Source of the DNA: Vicugna vicugna
Taxonomy: Eukaryota
Assembly: GCA_013265495.1 (NCBI GenBank)
Contig: MU058650.1
Coordinates: forward strand, 1,120,267 to 1,184,266
Direction: 5' to 3'
Length of the DNA stretch: 64,000 bases
Shown here: in pieces, positions 27,405-40,243 of the stretch
How the letters are laid out: every line of letters starts with the position of its first letter
How positions within the stretch are numbered: the first letter of the stretch is position 1
Program-made: the position numbers and the translations under genes
Notes under the pieces: generated by a model
Seen by the model: the letters and a program-made list of their open reading frames with translations, nothing else
Told to the model about the DNA's origin: nothing
Databases searched by the model: none

Positions 27405-27595
27405 CAAAAGGACTTACTATATTAACATAGGGAACTGTAGTCAGTTATCTTGTAACAGCCTATAATGGAAAAGAATCTGAAAAATAATACATATAAATAC
27501 ACACACACACACATATATATATATATAACTGAAACACTGCTGCACCCCTGAAACTAACACAACATTGTAAATTAACTACACTTCAATTTAAAAAA
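27405..27595 (+). mobile_element. short L1 3' terminal fragment
   Basis: AAGGACTTACTATATTAACATAGGGAACT...CCTGAAACTAACACAACATTGTAAATTAACTA. TSD-like AAAAAGCCTATTAA on both sides. Confidence 0.85.
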
Positions 27596-28601
27596 AGGAT
27601 GAATACCAAAAAAAAAAAAAAAAAGCCTATTAAGTAACTGCAGGCAAAGCTGATCAGGAGCCATCCTGGATTTAAACAATTTCATGATTTGCTAGGAAGA
27701 AAACAAAACCACGCCATCAAGCCAGAAACCATCAAACTAGCTTTACGCAAACCAAAAAAAAAGGAAAACTTGTAAATCCTCTTACATATCATGTCCTGCA
27801 CGACTCACAGATAGTCAAGAATACAGGGGTAACACGTTAATACTCATCCTCTGTACAATAAAAGGAAGACAAGAGCCAGTCGCTGTACCAAGCTTCTACA
27901 GATATTCACTTACTGGATTTTGACACAACCTTAAAATGTGGGTATCATTTTGCCAAAGCTCAAAGTCCTTGAACCAAGTTCATATGGCAAATAAACAGTA
28001 ACAGTGGATGAAAATCCAAATAAGATTCTAAAGCCTGTGTTCTTTCTATTCTGCTCTGCCACGAAAAGGAAACGATTGTGGGAAGAAAGTAAGGGTCCCC
28101 GGTTTTAGAATGATGACCTTCCCATCTCTGCGGCATCTGCACTGTGAGCCCCCTTCCCGTCGTCTGCATTCTGTGTGGGGGTACATGTCCGTCTCATTCG
28201 CATCACTAGATTACAAACACGGAAACTGTGTCATGGATATTTTTGTGCCTCCCCCTTTTATATATATATATATATCCATGCAATATCTACCACTGTTATC
28301 ATCATTGTTACTGTTACTATTACTACTGTTACCATGTTGTTGTTTACAGTAACAATAATGACAGTAACTAACAGTTACTGAGTGCACACTATGTACTAAG
28401 CACAGTTCTAACAATTTCACAATGTCATAGTCCTAATTCCTTTAATCCTCCCAACAGCTCCATGATTGGTAGGTCCTATTTTTATTGCTATTTATAGATA
28501 AAGAAACTGAGGCACAAGATGTTAAACAACTTGTCCGATATTGCAAAACCCGGAGGGCAGCCCAAGCAGTGTGGCCCATAGTCACTGGTGCACTGGAAGT
28601 A

Positions 28602-29420
28602 CAGTAACCACCGCGTTCACAGGGGTACGTTCCAAGAATCCCAGTGGAAGCCTGAAAACGCAGATCACACCCAACCCTAAGTATACTATGTTTTTTCCTA
28701 TACATACATGCCTAGGATGAAGTTTCATTTACAAATGAGGCACAGTTAAGAGGTTAGCAACAGTAATAATAGAACAAAACAATTATAACAACATACTACA
28801 ATAAAAGTTACGTGAATGTGATCTCTCTCTGGCTCTCAAAATACCTTACGGTGCAAATTGAGTGCCTTTTCCATCTTAACTAAGCACTTAACATGCACTG
28901 CGGCCATAACTTCTGCAGTTTGAGGTATGACAGCAACACCAGCATATTTCTTTTTCCTTCTTCACAAGTTCACGGATAAAAGATTCATTCTTACTGTAGA
29001 TCTTAGCAATCTCAGCAGCTCAGCAGTCTTTTTTTTTTTTTTTTTTAAGTAGAGAACTTTCACCTTTTCAATTCAAGGAAGCACTTTATGGCTTCTCTGC
29101 AGTGTATCCAAATTGCCAACATCACTACTCTTGCACTTGGGGGTCATTTTTAAGTAAAATAAGGGTGACTCAGATGAACACAAGCACCGTCGATCTGATA
29201 ACCAAGATGGCTACTAAGTGACGAACGTGCAGGACTCGCTGGACAAAGGGACAATTCAAGCCCCAGGTCGGATGGAGCAGAGGGCACAGGACGTCATCAC
29301 ACTACTCAGAGCTGCACGCAATTTAGAACTTATGAGTTGTCTATTTCTGGAATTTTCCTTTAATATTTTCAGACCTCAGTTGTCCACGTGTAACTGAAAC
29401 CATGGTTGGGGGTGACAGTA
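28602..29420. mobile_element. Tigger-family DNA element (MER44-like)
   Basis: TA|CAGTA start; TTCCAAGA..CCCAGTGGAAGCCTGAAA; 3' block GAACTTATGAGTTG..TATTTCTGGAATTTTCC...GTAACTGAAACC. Confidence 0.75.
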
Positions 29421-29888
29421 CCAGCATCCATTAGGGACTCAAAAAAATCCTTATTATCCTAACAAAAGTGAGGTGGCTTAGTAAAAATAACTGTGTGCCA
29501 GGAGCCATACTAAGTGCTTACACATGTCGTTTCATTTAAGTCTCACAAAACCTCTTGTGAGAAGGGGATCACAAGTACAATCCAACAGGTGAGAAACTGG
29601 GTTTTAGCTGTTCAGAAAAGTTAAGTAACTTGCCTCAGGTCAGACGACTAGTAAGTTTGTATTTTTCCCATCCTATACACTGCCTTCCTGATAAGAACAA
29701 AAATAAAATATATAATTGAGGATTATGAAATGTTGCAAGGAGATCAATTGACACAAATTACCCAGCATCTCTAACAAGGGGCATTAACATAACCATTTGA
29801 TTATATGTTCTACAATTAATTATTTTAATAAGGAGCTTTCTAATGAAAATAAGAAATCTATTTATGATTCCCTTCCTCTGTCTTCCAA

Positions 29889-29997
29889 TTTATATATATA
29901 TATATATATATNNNNNNNNNNNNNNNNNNNNNNNNNNNNNNNNNNNNNNNNNNNNNNNNNNNNNNNNNNNNNNNNNNNNNNNNNNNNNNNNNNNNTA

Positions 29998-30028
<31 letters not shown>

Positions 30029-30143
30029 TTGTAGAGGAGGAGGATATTAGGTTTATTTGTTTGTTTTAATGTAGGTACTGGGGATTGAACCCAGGACCTT
30101 GTGCATGCTACCACATGCTCTACCACTTGAGCTATGCCCTCCC
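29889..30143 (-). mobile_element. tRNA-derived SINE (Vic-like) whose tail is a (TA)n tract containing an assembly gap
   Basis: Reverse-strand A/B boxes at about 30080-30143. TSD CTGTCTTCCAA (29878-29888) / CTGTCCTCCAA (30144-30154). Confidence 0.88.
29912..29995. other. assembly gap (84 N) within a (TA)n tract
   Basis: N run flanked by TA repeats. Confidence 0.99.
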
Positions 30144-33100
30144 CTGTCCTCCAAGTGTTGATTGACTGCAATGAGAAAGTCTGAAACACATATTTATTCA
30201 ACTCACCTCTTCTTTTTGGACTCAGGTCAGAGAAGCGAGACCTACAGCCTACCGGGGTGGGGGGGGGTGGACAGCACTGAAATGTGGGCAGTATGCAGAG
30301 GATGTGACGTCTACCTCCAGGGTCCTCCCCCCACCAGACCTTGCATGAGAATTCTAAGAAGGGCACCAATGGGAACACACCCCAAAGGCCAGGAAGAGGA
30401 GCTCCAGGAGGACCAACAGGTTGGGTGCAGGGATGGGAGAAGGGCAGATTCAGAAGGATGGGATGGGATTGGTATTGGGTAATGCAGCGCTGCTGTTTCC
30501 AGAGTCTGGACGACTAGAGTTTATGACCCTGGGATAGGCGTACAAACCCTGTCTCTGCTCGGCCCAGTCAGGCCAAGGCATGGAAGAAAACAGACCAACC
30601 CTGTTCTCAACAGGCAGCCAAGAAGCCACGCCTGCCCACTCAGGCTGAGGCTGAATAGGAAGTTTTGAAGAACTTTCTTTTTTTAACTATTGGAAAATCT
30701 AAATGTACATCCCTTGTGGGTCATCAAAACGAAAATACCGATTTCAAAACCTGAGGGTTTTTGTTTTGCTTTGTTTTGTGCGATCTGAACTGTAAAATGG
30801 AATCCTCAAATGAAGATCACTGGTCTGCAGTTAGAAGGATGAAACTGACAGCACACAAATGAAATCAAACAACGCGCAAATAAAGGGACGGGCAGGGAAC
30901 CCCACTGTGGTTTGGGTTCCTGGCTCCAGCTGCGTCTCTGCTGTCTGTGGCTTGGCACTTTAACCCTCCTTGAATTCTGTGAAGCCATAAATCCTCTTTT
31001 TCACGTACAACAGTGGTGAGCTGGATTTCTCTGCAACGATCAAACCAATATTCTATTCCAACACCCAACCAGGCAGCAAAAGAAAACAGGAGTCTAAGCC
31101 TGAATTAGGAGGTTCCCCGGGCCTGGGCCAGGGAGGGAAACGGAGGCGTCAGGGAGATTTCCTGTGAGTCATGTTAGCCTTTCAACACTCCACAGGCCTC
31201 AAACCAGAAAAGCTCACTCCCCGCCTTAATCTGCTTCATTTGCTCCCAATTTACACCTGCCAACTCTCAACGACTCTCAACCTAAAAGTAATCACAGAAG
31301 ATGAGTATTTCACAGGAAATACGGGCATGTCTCAAAAGTGGAAACCAGTAAGGCCAATAAACACAACAAAGAGACCCAACTCCATTCGTGATCAGGCATA
31401 TGCAAATTAAGAGATACTTTTCTACGTTCATTTGACTGTCAAAAATGTTAAAGTCTTATAATACCAAGTGTTTAAAAGGATACTTGTTTCACAGGGTTTC
31501 TCATACTCGGCTGGTGGGAGTGAAAACTGATACAACTGCTTTGGAAGAAGTCTGACATTACTTTAGGACGCTGAACAACCACATACCCTATAATCCAGCT
31601 CCTAGACGTAGGTATATGTGCCTGTGTGCACAAAAGCTCTTCCCCATGATCAACAGGAGACGTGGAGAAAAATGTTCCTAGAAGCCCTGTTCACCTGTGC
31701 TGCAGAACACATGGGGAAAAGCCCAAATGCCTACAAGCAGAATGAATGGATAAAGTGTGATATGATCACAGAAAAGAATATTTTACAGAGAAAAAGGGAG
31801 TGTTTTGTAGCACCAAGCAACGATATGGGTGAATCCTAGCAATGTGATAAAGAGGCGTAAATAAATCCCAGCAGATTATAAACAGCATGATACCCTTTTT
31901 CAAAAGGTAAAATAATAATAATAATAAACTTTTTTAAGGAATATATAGAAGTACAAAACTACATAAAAATGAGAGCAAGGGGCCACTGGCAACGAACCTT
32001 CACCTGAGGGGCCTCTGAGCCTTTTCTCTCCCTCTCCTGTTTCTGACCCAGCCCTTTACTTTTGCAGACACTTTTTAATCGTGTTCCTTGCTGCTGCCAC
32101 AATCAGCATGATTCTATAAGGTTCAGTTAGATCATTTATAAACCAAGAGTTACATTAAAGCAGAATGCACAAGTGAACATGTCATAATTTTTGTGTGAAA
32201 AAAAAAAAGAGAGCAGGGAAATGGCGAAAGGATGATTCAGGATGGTGATCGTCTTTGGTTGGAGAAGAAAGGAGATGGAATAGGGGATGGCCAACAGATA
32301 GATGAAAATTACCACCACGACTCCAGCTCTAGGGCTGGGGGTGTATGGGAACTTACTGCATCAAAAAACAAAAACTAACTTATTCACGGGCCAACGGTGA
32401 AAAGGTGTCCTGAGCCAGGAATGACGATTAATCCACTTCCATGCAACTGGAATCTAAAATAAAGGATGCTCCAGGAAGAGCATTACATTTATCCTGTGAA
32501 TTTATATACCCTCTGGAACCCCTGGGGAACAAACAGTACAAAACAAAAACCTCAGGGGGTAAACCGTCCAAGGCCTGTTTTTTCTGTTTGCTGCCCGGCT
32601 CACAAGAGGCAGGAGCCCAGGCTCTGGGGCCAGACTGACTTGGGGGAGGAGTGAGACCCGGCTGCCTTCCTTACTACTGCGTGACTCATCCTGCCCGGGA
32701 AGAAGACTTAACCTCTCAGCTTCCAAATGTGTCCAGTGTGGCCGGCGGTGATAGTAACACTTACTGCAGAGTTTCATTGTCAGGATTACAATAAATTCAC
32801 ATGACGTCCTGGAATACTGAGGTTGCTCTCGGTATACTAAGTAAAGTTTACTCAACAAAAATTGGCTTATTATTAATTTTTTTAAATCTCTGGCCTGACA
32901 CCACTGTGAAAAGCTTAAGAAATATATTCTTCTAAACTCCTCTGCACAGTCCTACTCTGGGGAGCTCTAAGTCACACGGCCTCAAACTCTCAGTAGGATT
33001 TGTTGGGACCAAAGAGACTGAGTAGATACATCTCGTAAATACTCTGGTTTGCAAGGAATGACTAGAGAGAAGTGTGGGGCGCAAAGGTGGTTTTTCATAG

Positions 33101-34336
33101 AATCTTTCTCTGCATCATTAACATAAATAACCAAGTTTTTGTGACATATCACTTATCTGATGACTTTAATTAACACAGATTCCTGTAACCATTCCACTCC
33201 CCACAAAAGTCTCCAAAATCTGTGGGCTTCAAATTTTTATAATTTATTTTTAAAAAACCATTTAAATCTTTCTACAGGGACTATTTATACTCTCACCACA
33301 AGCAATTCTAAGAAACTGAGTTACCTGGCATCTACAGTGTTAAGAGTGTAGAAGTTATAATTTAGAAAGAATGCAGACTTTCAGAGATATGCCCAGTAAC
33401 ACAGAAAAAATCATGTGTGACAACTGTGAGAAAAAAGTCAGAAAAAAATAAGACAAAAAATTAACTTAAATAGCCTCTGAGCAGCCTACTAGTCAGCAAA
33501 ATAATTAAAGTTCATAACAATGATCCTCAATCATGAAGAAAAGGTGATAAAAGCGTTGAATGCACTTTATTGATTCAAAGGTGAGTAGTCTCATATACCT
33601 GTGTTAAATATGCCATGAAGACTTCTAAATAATAGGGTTTTTTTCCTGGTAAAATCTCCAGGATTATTTGCAAATGGACCCACTAAGTAATCCAGTGAGT
33701 TAGCCTACCTTAGAACGTTGTTTGGCATAAACCAAATAAATGTTGAAGAACTGTTGCCCCAAATTATGAATAAATTAATTAATAGAAGTAACCCATTGCA
33801 TAAACAGTGCCATTTAATTGGATTTAAAAGTAAATTTTAATACTTTCAATGAGTGAGTCGTAAGCTATCTGTGAAATTCACCTGCGTGAAATGATTCATT
33901 TTCTCTGATGCTCCTCAGTAAACAATAATATAAGGAAGTTTTATAGCTTTTTAACAAACTTACAAGCAAGCTTGGCTAGTGAAAACGACCTTTTACATCA
34001 CAGTATGGTGAAAGCAATGAGCCAGGAAACAGGAACTTGAAGGGTGTAGAGGAAGGGCACCCAACAGAGAGACAGCAAGGAGCCAGGCAAGAAGACAGCC
34101 TGACCCGGTGATGCCTACAGGAGTCTTCCAGCAGCCAAGAGGAGAGGTCAGACAGGAGAGAATTCAAGGAGGGAGCTCCAGGTGGAAAGACGCTGACTAT
34201 GGTGTGTGACAGCAAGGGACTCAGAGGCACGCCGGGCTGCCACGTGAGAGATGGGCACTCTGGGACATGAGCCTGAGGAGGGAAGTGGGCCAGTGACAGA
34301 GGGCCTTATAGTTGATGTCAAGAACCTTGAGGAGTT

Positions 34337-34435
34337 GGGGAGGGCATAGCTGAGTGGTAGAGCGCATGCTTAGCATGCACAAGGTCCTGGGTTCAATCCC
34401 CAGTACCTCCATCCAAAAAAAAGAAAAAAGAAAGA
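34337..34435 (+). mobile_element. tRNA-derived SINE, short form (A tail directly after the tRNA part)
   Basis: A/B boxes. TSD-like AAGAACCTTGAG / AAGAAACTTGAG. Confidence 0.88.
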
Positions 34436-34614
34436 AAGAAACTTGAGCTCTCACAAAAGGACAAATATTGCATGATTCTACTTATATAAGGGATCAAATT
34501 CGTAGGGACGGAAAGCAGAATGGTGGTTATAGGTGCTGAGGGGATGGGGGATGCAGAGTTTGTGTTTAACAGGTTCGGAGTTTCTGTTTGGGATAAATAA
34601 ACAAGTTCTGGAAA

Positions 34615-35169
34615 TGAGAGAGGTGATTAGACAGGCTGACTGGCCCTGACTGCCCTCCAACAAGGGGAAGAAAGTGTCAGGCTGATGAAAGGCAGGACAT
34701 TTCTCTTATCCCACAAGTGGCTCCTTAATCCCGAGGACACAGTCCTACAACAGGGCGATTTATGACCCACAGCTGCTGCATTCACTCCAAGGACATAGCC
34801 CGGCATCCTTCTTTGTTCCTGCTGAAGTTCCTGCTTTAGGGCTGAGCTCCATGGGAGGAAAGAGCCAGTGACAGATGACTGAAGCCACCAGAAGGAAGAT
34901 GATGATGGCAAAGCCTTCCAGTTAAAGACTCCACAGCCCATCAGGGGCTGGAGCTGTCTCAACCCGCTAACTGGCTGACGGCTCCCCACTCGACGGTTTT
35001 CTTTCCCTCCCTCTCTGAGCAATTAAAAGCAGCTCTTTTTTTCACTTTGCCCCTCTTCCTCTATTGAGAATTCTTTCTCAGTCAGCGGTCAAGGACCCAC
35101 ACATTTGGAGGGGGCGTGCACACACGTTTGGTGGGCTTTCCAGTTTCGGGGTGTCTCTACCCACTGACA
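34615..35169 (+). mobile_element. solo LTR (~555 bp) inserted in an L1M 3' end
   Basis: TG...CA termini with TSD GAAA and ATTAAA near 35022. The flanks rejoin as the L1 motif GTTCTGGAAATGG..AGTGGTGATGG. Confidence 0.7.
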
Positions 35170-36736
35170 GAAATGGAAGAGTGGTGATGGCTGCACAACA
35201 CTGTGAACACAATGTCACTGAGTTATACACTTTAAAATGGTTAAAATGATAGATTTTTATGTATATTTTACCACAATAAAGACCACTAAAAATACAATAA
35301 TTGTGTTTTGGTCCAGAGGAAGAAGAGGGGAGGGGCGGGGGAGGAGGGAGGGAAAGAGTAGCCAGAAGCTGAAGCAATAGCTCCAGCTTGAGCTCCATCC
35401 AGTAACCAGCGGCTCTTCAGTCCTGTTTTAGCTGCAAGACCCTTTCTTCAACTATCTTACACAAAAGCCTGTCTATAAAACAGGCAAAGTGACAGACTTG
35501 GTGGGGGCCAGAGGCCAGCCCAGAAGCACACCAGCTTCTGTTTCCCAACTTGCCCCCATAATGGCCCCTCAGGAACCCCCAGGGAACCCCAAGAGCTCCC
35601 CCAGTTGGCAAACAGCTGCTGAGGAGGAAGCCGTAAGGTTTCAGCCTGAACGTGGTACACTGAGACTTCTGAGATAGCAAAGTGGTCTGGTTCAGAATCA
35701 AATGAAAAGAAAAAAAAAAGAAATCAAATGAAATTATCTCAGCTCAGCCTCTCACCAGCCATGTGCCCCAAAGGCAAGTTACTTATCTGCTGTCAAAGGG
35801 ACTTAAACAACTTTCTGTAAACACTGATTAAATGTTAGGAGGATGCCTTGACACAGGGCCAATCCCCACCTGGCGGCAGCTACTGGTACCCTGCAGTTTT
35901 CTCTGGCATCCTTCTGGCTCTTGTGTAGTGAGACCATTTAGGGTAGATGGAGGCACGGATGGAAGCCATGACAAGAGTCCAAGTGATGATAAAGGCCTGA
36001 ACTGAAGCAGTGACAATACGGATTGGAAGGGGAGGTGGACTCCAGAAATATTCTGGAAATGCTGTCAAGATGAGAAATATGCACTGGCAGCCATCTCATA
36101 TTCCTCCAAATCAGCCTAAAGAAAGGGGCAGAGATAAGCAGGAATAGCCTGAAGGCCGTCTAGACTGGTCTGGGGGCAGGGAGAGGACTACACACACCCT
36201 GGGGCAGAGAACAGCCCAAGGCCAAGTGGAAGGTTTTTCAGGCCCACCCTTACCGCTCCCCTACATTGCATTTGCCTATCCCTTTAACAACTCCCTGCAG
36301 CACTGAGAAGTTAAAAGGTTCAGGCTTGCTAGCCAGGAGCCATTCCTCCACCCACCCCCTCCATGCTTCTAGTGTTTTTGGACTACAGCCTAGAGAGTCT
36401 GCCTGCTCCGTCTCCCAGAGCAGCTGCTGCTAAGGCCATGGTCACTGAACTGCCTGGAAAAAGGGTGTCGAACCACAGCAATCAACAGGGGTTCTGTAAT
36501 GCCCAAGGATTCTCCACTCTGGGATTCATCACCTCCCTTCTGCTTAAAGTCCCCTGGAGGGACTTGGACCCGGGCCTAGCCATTGGGTCTCCTTGTGCAC
36601 AAGGGGACATGCATGGGAATGCTCATCGCAGTGTTGTTTGTGGCTGGGAGCTGGAAACCATCTGAGTGTCCGTCACTGGAGGACCTTGGAACCACAGAAT
36701 GCTCTGCAGCAGACAGCTGGAGGCAATAGGCTAGAT

Positions 36737-36960
36737 CAGTGGTTCTCAAGCAGGGGTGATTTTGTTGCAAGGAGACACCTGACAATGTCTGGGAAGATTA
36801 TTGATGGTCAACGCACAGGTAAGGGGTTGGGGGTAGTGCTATACTGGCCTCTGGAGGGCAGAGGTCAGGGGTGCTGCTACACCCTAGGGTGCACAGGCCC
36901 GCCCCAGAACAGAGAACTATTTGATCCAAAATGTCAATAACCTGAGACTGAGAAACACTG
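36737..36960. mobile_element. MER20-like hAT-Charlie MITE
   Basis: TIRs CAGTGGTTCTCA / TGAGAAACACTG and 8-bp TSD GGCTAGAT / GACTAGAT. Confidence 0.88.
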
Positions 36961-37504
36961 GACTAGATGAACCAAACAGCATGACTGGGTCACAAACATA
37001 CAGTGCTGAATGGAAATTGTTTTTTAAAAAGAAGAGACGTAATCTATTATAAAATTCCTCTTTGGAATTAAGGATTCATTTAGTCAATCATCTGATGTTC
37101 GCTGTGTATCTATTTACAAGGTAGGTGCTACGCCTGGCAGAGAACACAACAGTGACCAAAACTAGACTGGACTCCTTACCTCCTGAAGTCTAGTAGAAGA
37201 GGCAGATATTAATTAAATAATCCCACAAATAAAAGGGGGAGGGAAGGAGATATTTTGGGGACTAGCAGGATCTACAATTCCCTAATGCCCCACTTGCAAA
37301 GGCCACAGAAAGGTCCTTCAACTTACATGTTTGACTGAATTAGCACTACAGAACAATACTCTTCAGCAGGGCTACATCCTAGCTCAGGGATGTGTTGTGC
37401 ACATGGTGAGTACTCAGTAGATGTTTGTTGAGTGAAGAGATGAAGGCCATACAGTTAAGTGTCACTAAACGACTCCTTCAAAAGTTTCCAGTCCTTGGCC
37501 AGGG

Positions 37505-37597
37505 TGGGTGGGTGTGTATAGCTCAGTGGCAGAGCACATGCTTAGCACACACAAGGTCCTGGGTTCAATCCCCAGTACCTCTATTTAAAAAAAAAAA
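37505..37597 (+). mobile_element. tRNA-derived SINE, short form
   Basis: TATAGCTCAGTGG...GGTTCAATCCCCAGTACCTC followed by poly-A. Confidence 0.87.
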
Positions 37598-38876
37598 GTT
37601 TCTGGGATTTAACCTTTGAAATGAGGAAAACGAGCAGAAAGGAGGATGCAAAGGGCCAGGCCCCCTGTACTAGTCAGTAACAAGGAGTGCACGTGCAGAC
37701 CGACCAACTACGGTTGTTCATTCCTCCTTCGTGCCCCCTCACACTAAACTACTTGCAGGTCCTTGAGCAAAACACTCTCTGGCATCTCTACGCCTGCACT
37801 GTCCATCCTCACCTAGTCCACCTGGAAGGCTCCCACTCCTGCTTCAGATTCCCGATCACCTTCTCTAGCAAGCTCGTCAACCCTACCTCGCCCTGGTAGA
37901 CTTGCTCTCCGGCCTCCTTTGTGCCGCCTGCACTTTGTGCTCATCTCTATAGCACTTATCATAACTCCTTACTATAATTAGATTATGAGCTCTCTTGAGA
38001 TCAGGAACTATATTCTATCTATCTTAAAAGCCCAGAGACTAGTCTAGAACCTAGACCATCACAGAGGGTCAAGGTTTGTCAAATAAAAGAATGAATGAAT
38101 GAATGAATACATGTCCTGAACTGTGCTAAATCTATGCCCTCAGAAAGCTTACCATCTATTTGATGGGAAAGGATAAAACTGTGAAATAATAATTAATTTT
38201 TGCTAGAGATATAAACTTGACAGTCATGATGAGAAACAACTTTTTTTCCCATATTTGAATTGGAGCATATGTGTTAGGATATAATCTGCCAGATGGTATA
38301 CATACAATTAAATAAATGTCCTCAAGTACTCCTGGAAACCCATCTCCTGCTATCACAGTATTTGTCATTTGAGTTGACAGTAATAAATGACAAAAGCCCT
38401 AATTACAAGCAGAGTCCACTTGGAAACACCGAGAGCTCATTATCATGAGTGCCTGGCATGTAGTAGGTCCTCAATAAACTTTTACGGATGGAGTGAACAT
38501 ATATTCTTAATCACAGAGAAAAGTTATCAATCCATTACTGAGGCAGGTACATCAGGAGTTTGAGTTACCTGGAAAATAGCCCTCTAATAATGAAAGCAGA
38601 ACCAGGTCAAGGCCCTAAACCTTTCCCCTGCTATTTAGTACTCAGCTGCCAAAAGAACTATTATGGCCCTCTTTTGGTAAAAGGAGTAAAAAACAGTTGT
38701 GTGGTCACAAAGTATCCCTTTACATCCTATCCGTATGGTGACAGCATATCTTCTCACCACCCCTCTCCAGCGCCTGTGGTCCCCTGGCCACGGTCAGGGA
38801 CTCATGGAGCTAAAGTCAAATTTAGGGGATGAGCTGTAATACTGAGGGTTTAAAATACTGACTGTAAGGAGTACCA

Positions 38877-38995
38877 GACATCTGGTAAACTGCATTTTTC
38901 TGATTGCTGGGTCAGACAAGCAGAACCTGCTAACCAGAATTTGTGTCTGGACAGTTGCCAGAGGTGGGACTGAAAATCTTAATGAAAAAAAGAGC
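38877..38995 (+). repeat. 119-bp dispersed direct repeat, copy 1
   Basis: 114/119 identical to 40125-40243. Confidence 0.95.
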
Positions 38996-39826
38996 CCTGT
39001 CAACCAGAAAAATAGAAAAAGTCCAGCCCAAGACCCTCACAATAAAGATCAGTACAGGGAGGAATGTAAGGATGGCAGAAAGGAAAGGGAGCCTCAAGAA
39101 CCTTTGTCCTCCCTCATTCACTCATTCATTTAAGGCATTCATTCATTATGGGGGGTGTGGGAAATACAAAAATTTAAAAGACTTGATTCCTGCTCTTAAG
39201 GACTCCACCTATCAGAAATGTCACATGTCTACAAACAGCTATACCACAGGGAAGAAAGTGAAAATCTACACAGGAAGTACAAAAAAAGGGGTGTCCAGAG
39301 ACAGAAGAAATCTCGTATTTAGGAAGCTACTAGATATTCCTGACTGGGATTCCCAGTAAAAACATTACCAGATTTTGAAAATATTAGAGCGTTCAGGGAA
39401 AAAAAAAATTCATTGCTAATCCTTGTCATGTCTTGCTAAACTGAACTGCCATATTTCCTGCCCCATCAACAAGGTTGCTACCACCTCCTGGACCAACAAC
39501 ACATCTTTCTATCATCCAGGAATGGGGGCCAGATGGTGGGGGACAACTGACCTGAACAGAGTAGTACCATGAGCCTGGCTGTCTGCCACTCCTGTGTAGT
39601 CAGCCACTTAATCCTCACAACATCCTTGACAAATAGGTACTGATATCCCCATTCTACAAGTAGAAAAACTGGGGCACAGAGAAGTTAAGTGACTTGCCCA
39701 ACGTCACCCAGTAAGAGGCACAAGCAAGCTGTGAGTCCAGAATCTGTACCCTTAGCCTTCACACCACACTGTCTCCCAGCTGAGAACTTATGACTAACTT
39801 TATCAGGACATACTGTAAGGCAAGGA

Positions 39827-39864
39827 GGGATACATAGCTCAGGGGGTAGAGCATTTGACTGCAG
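39827..39864 (+). pseudogene. retroposed 5' half of tRNA-Cys(GCA), tail-less retropseudogene
   Basis: CATAGCTCAGGGGGTAGAGCATTTGACTGCAG matches the 5' half of mammalian tRNA-Cys and stops just after the GCA anticodon. Flanked by the perfect direct repeat CAGGACATACTGTA (39804-39817, 39862-39875). Confidence 0.85.
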
Positions 39865-40124
39865 GACATACTGTATATAGCTGGATGATACAACGTGATT
39901 TTTGGCCAAATTTCCCCTTTAAACCGCACGCAGCTGTTTAAAACTATGTTTATTTACATGACAGAAATACATACACCATTACTGTTCTAGTTTTGGAAAT
40001 GGTATGACTTCTTAAGACATGGTTTTCACAACCTTTAACAGAAAATTCTCTTTGCAATGTAAAAAGAATTCTATATATTATATATAAAATATATAAAAAA
40101 TAATAAATTATATGTATATAATTG

Positions 40125-40243
40125 GACATCTGGTAAACTACATTTTTCTGATTGCTGGGTTAGACAAGGAGAAACTGCTAACCAGAATTTGTGTCTGGAC
40201 AGTTGCCAGAGGGGGGACTGAAAATCTTAATGAAAAAAAGAGC
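40125..40243 (+). repeat. 119-bp dispersed direct repeat, copy 2
   Basis: 114/119 identical to 38877-38995; embedded in a TA-rich tract. Confidence 0.95.

Noticed and set aside
34610..35188. Apparent 17-19 bp TSD (GAAATGAGAGAGGTGAT / GAAATGGAAGAGTGGTGAT) around an insert
   Set aside because: Better explained by a TG..CA LTR with a 4-bp GAAA TSD; the longer resemblance is imperfect and probably chance.
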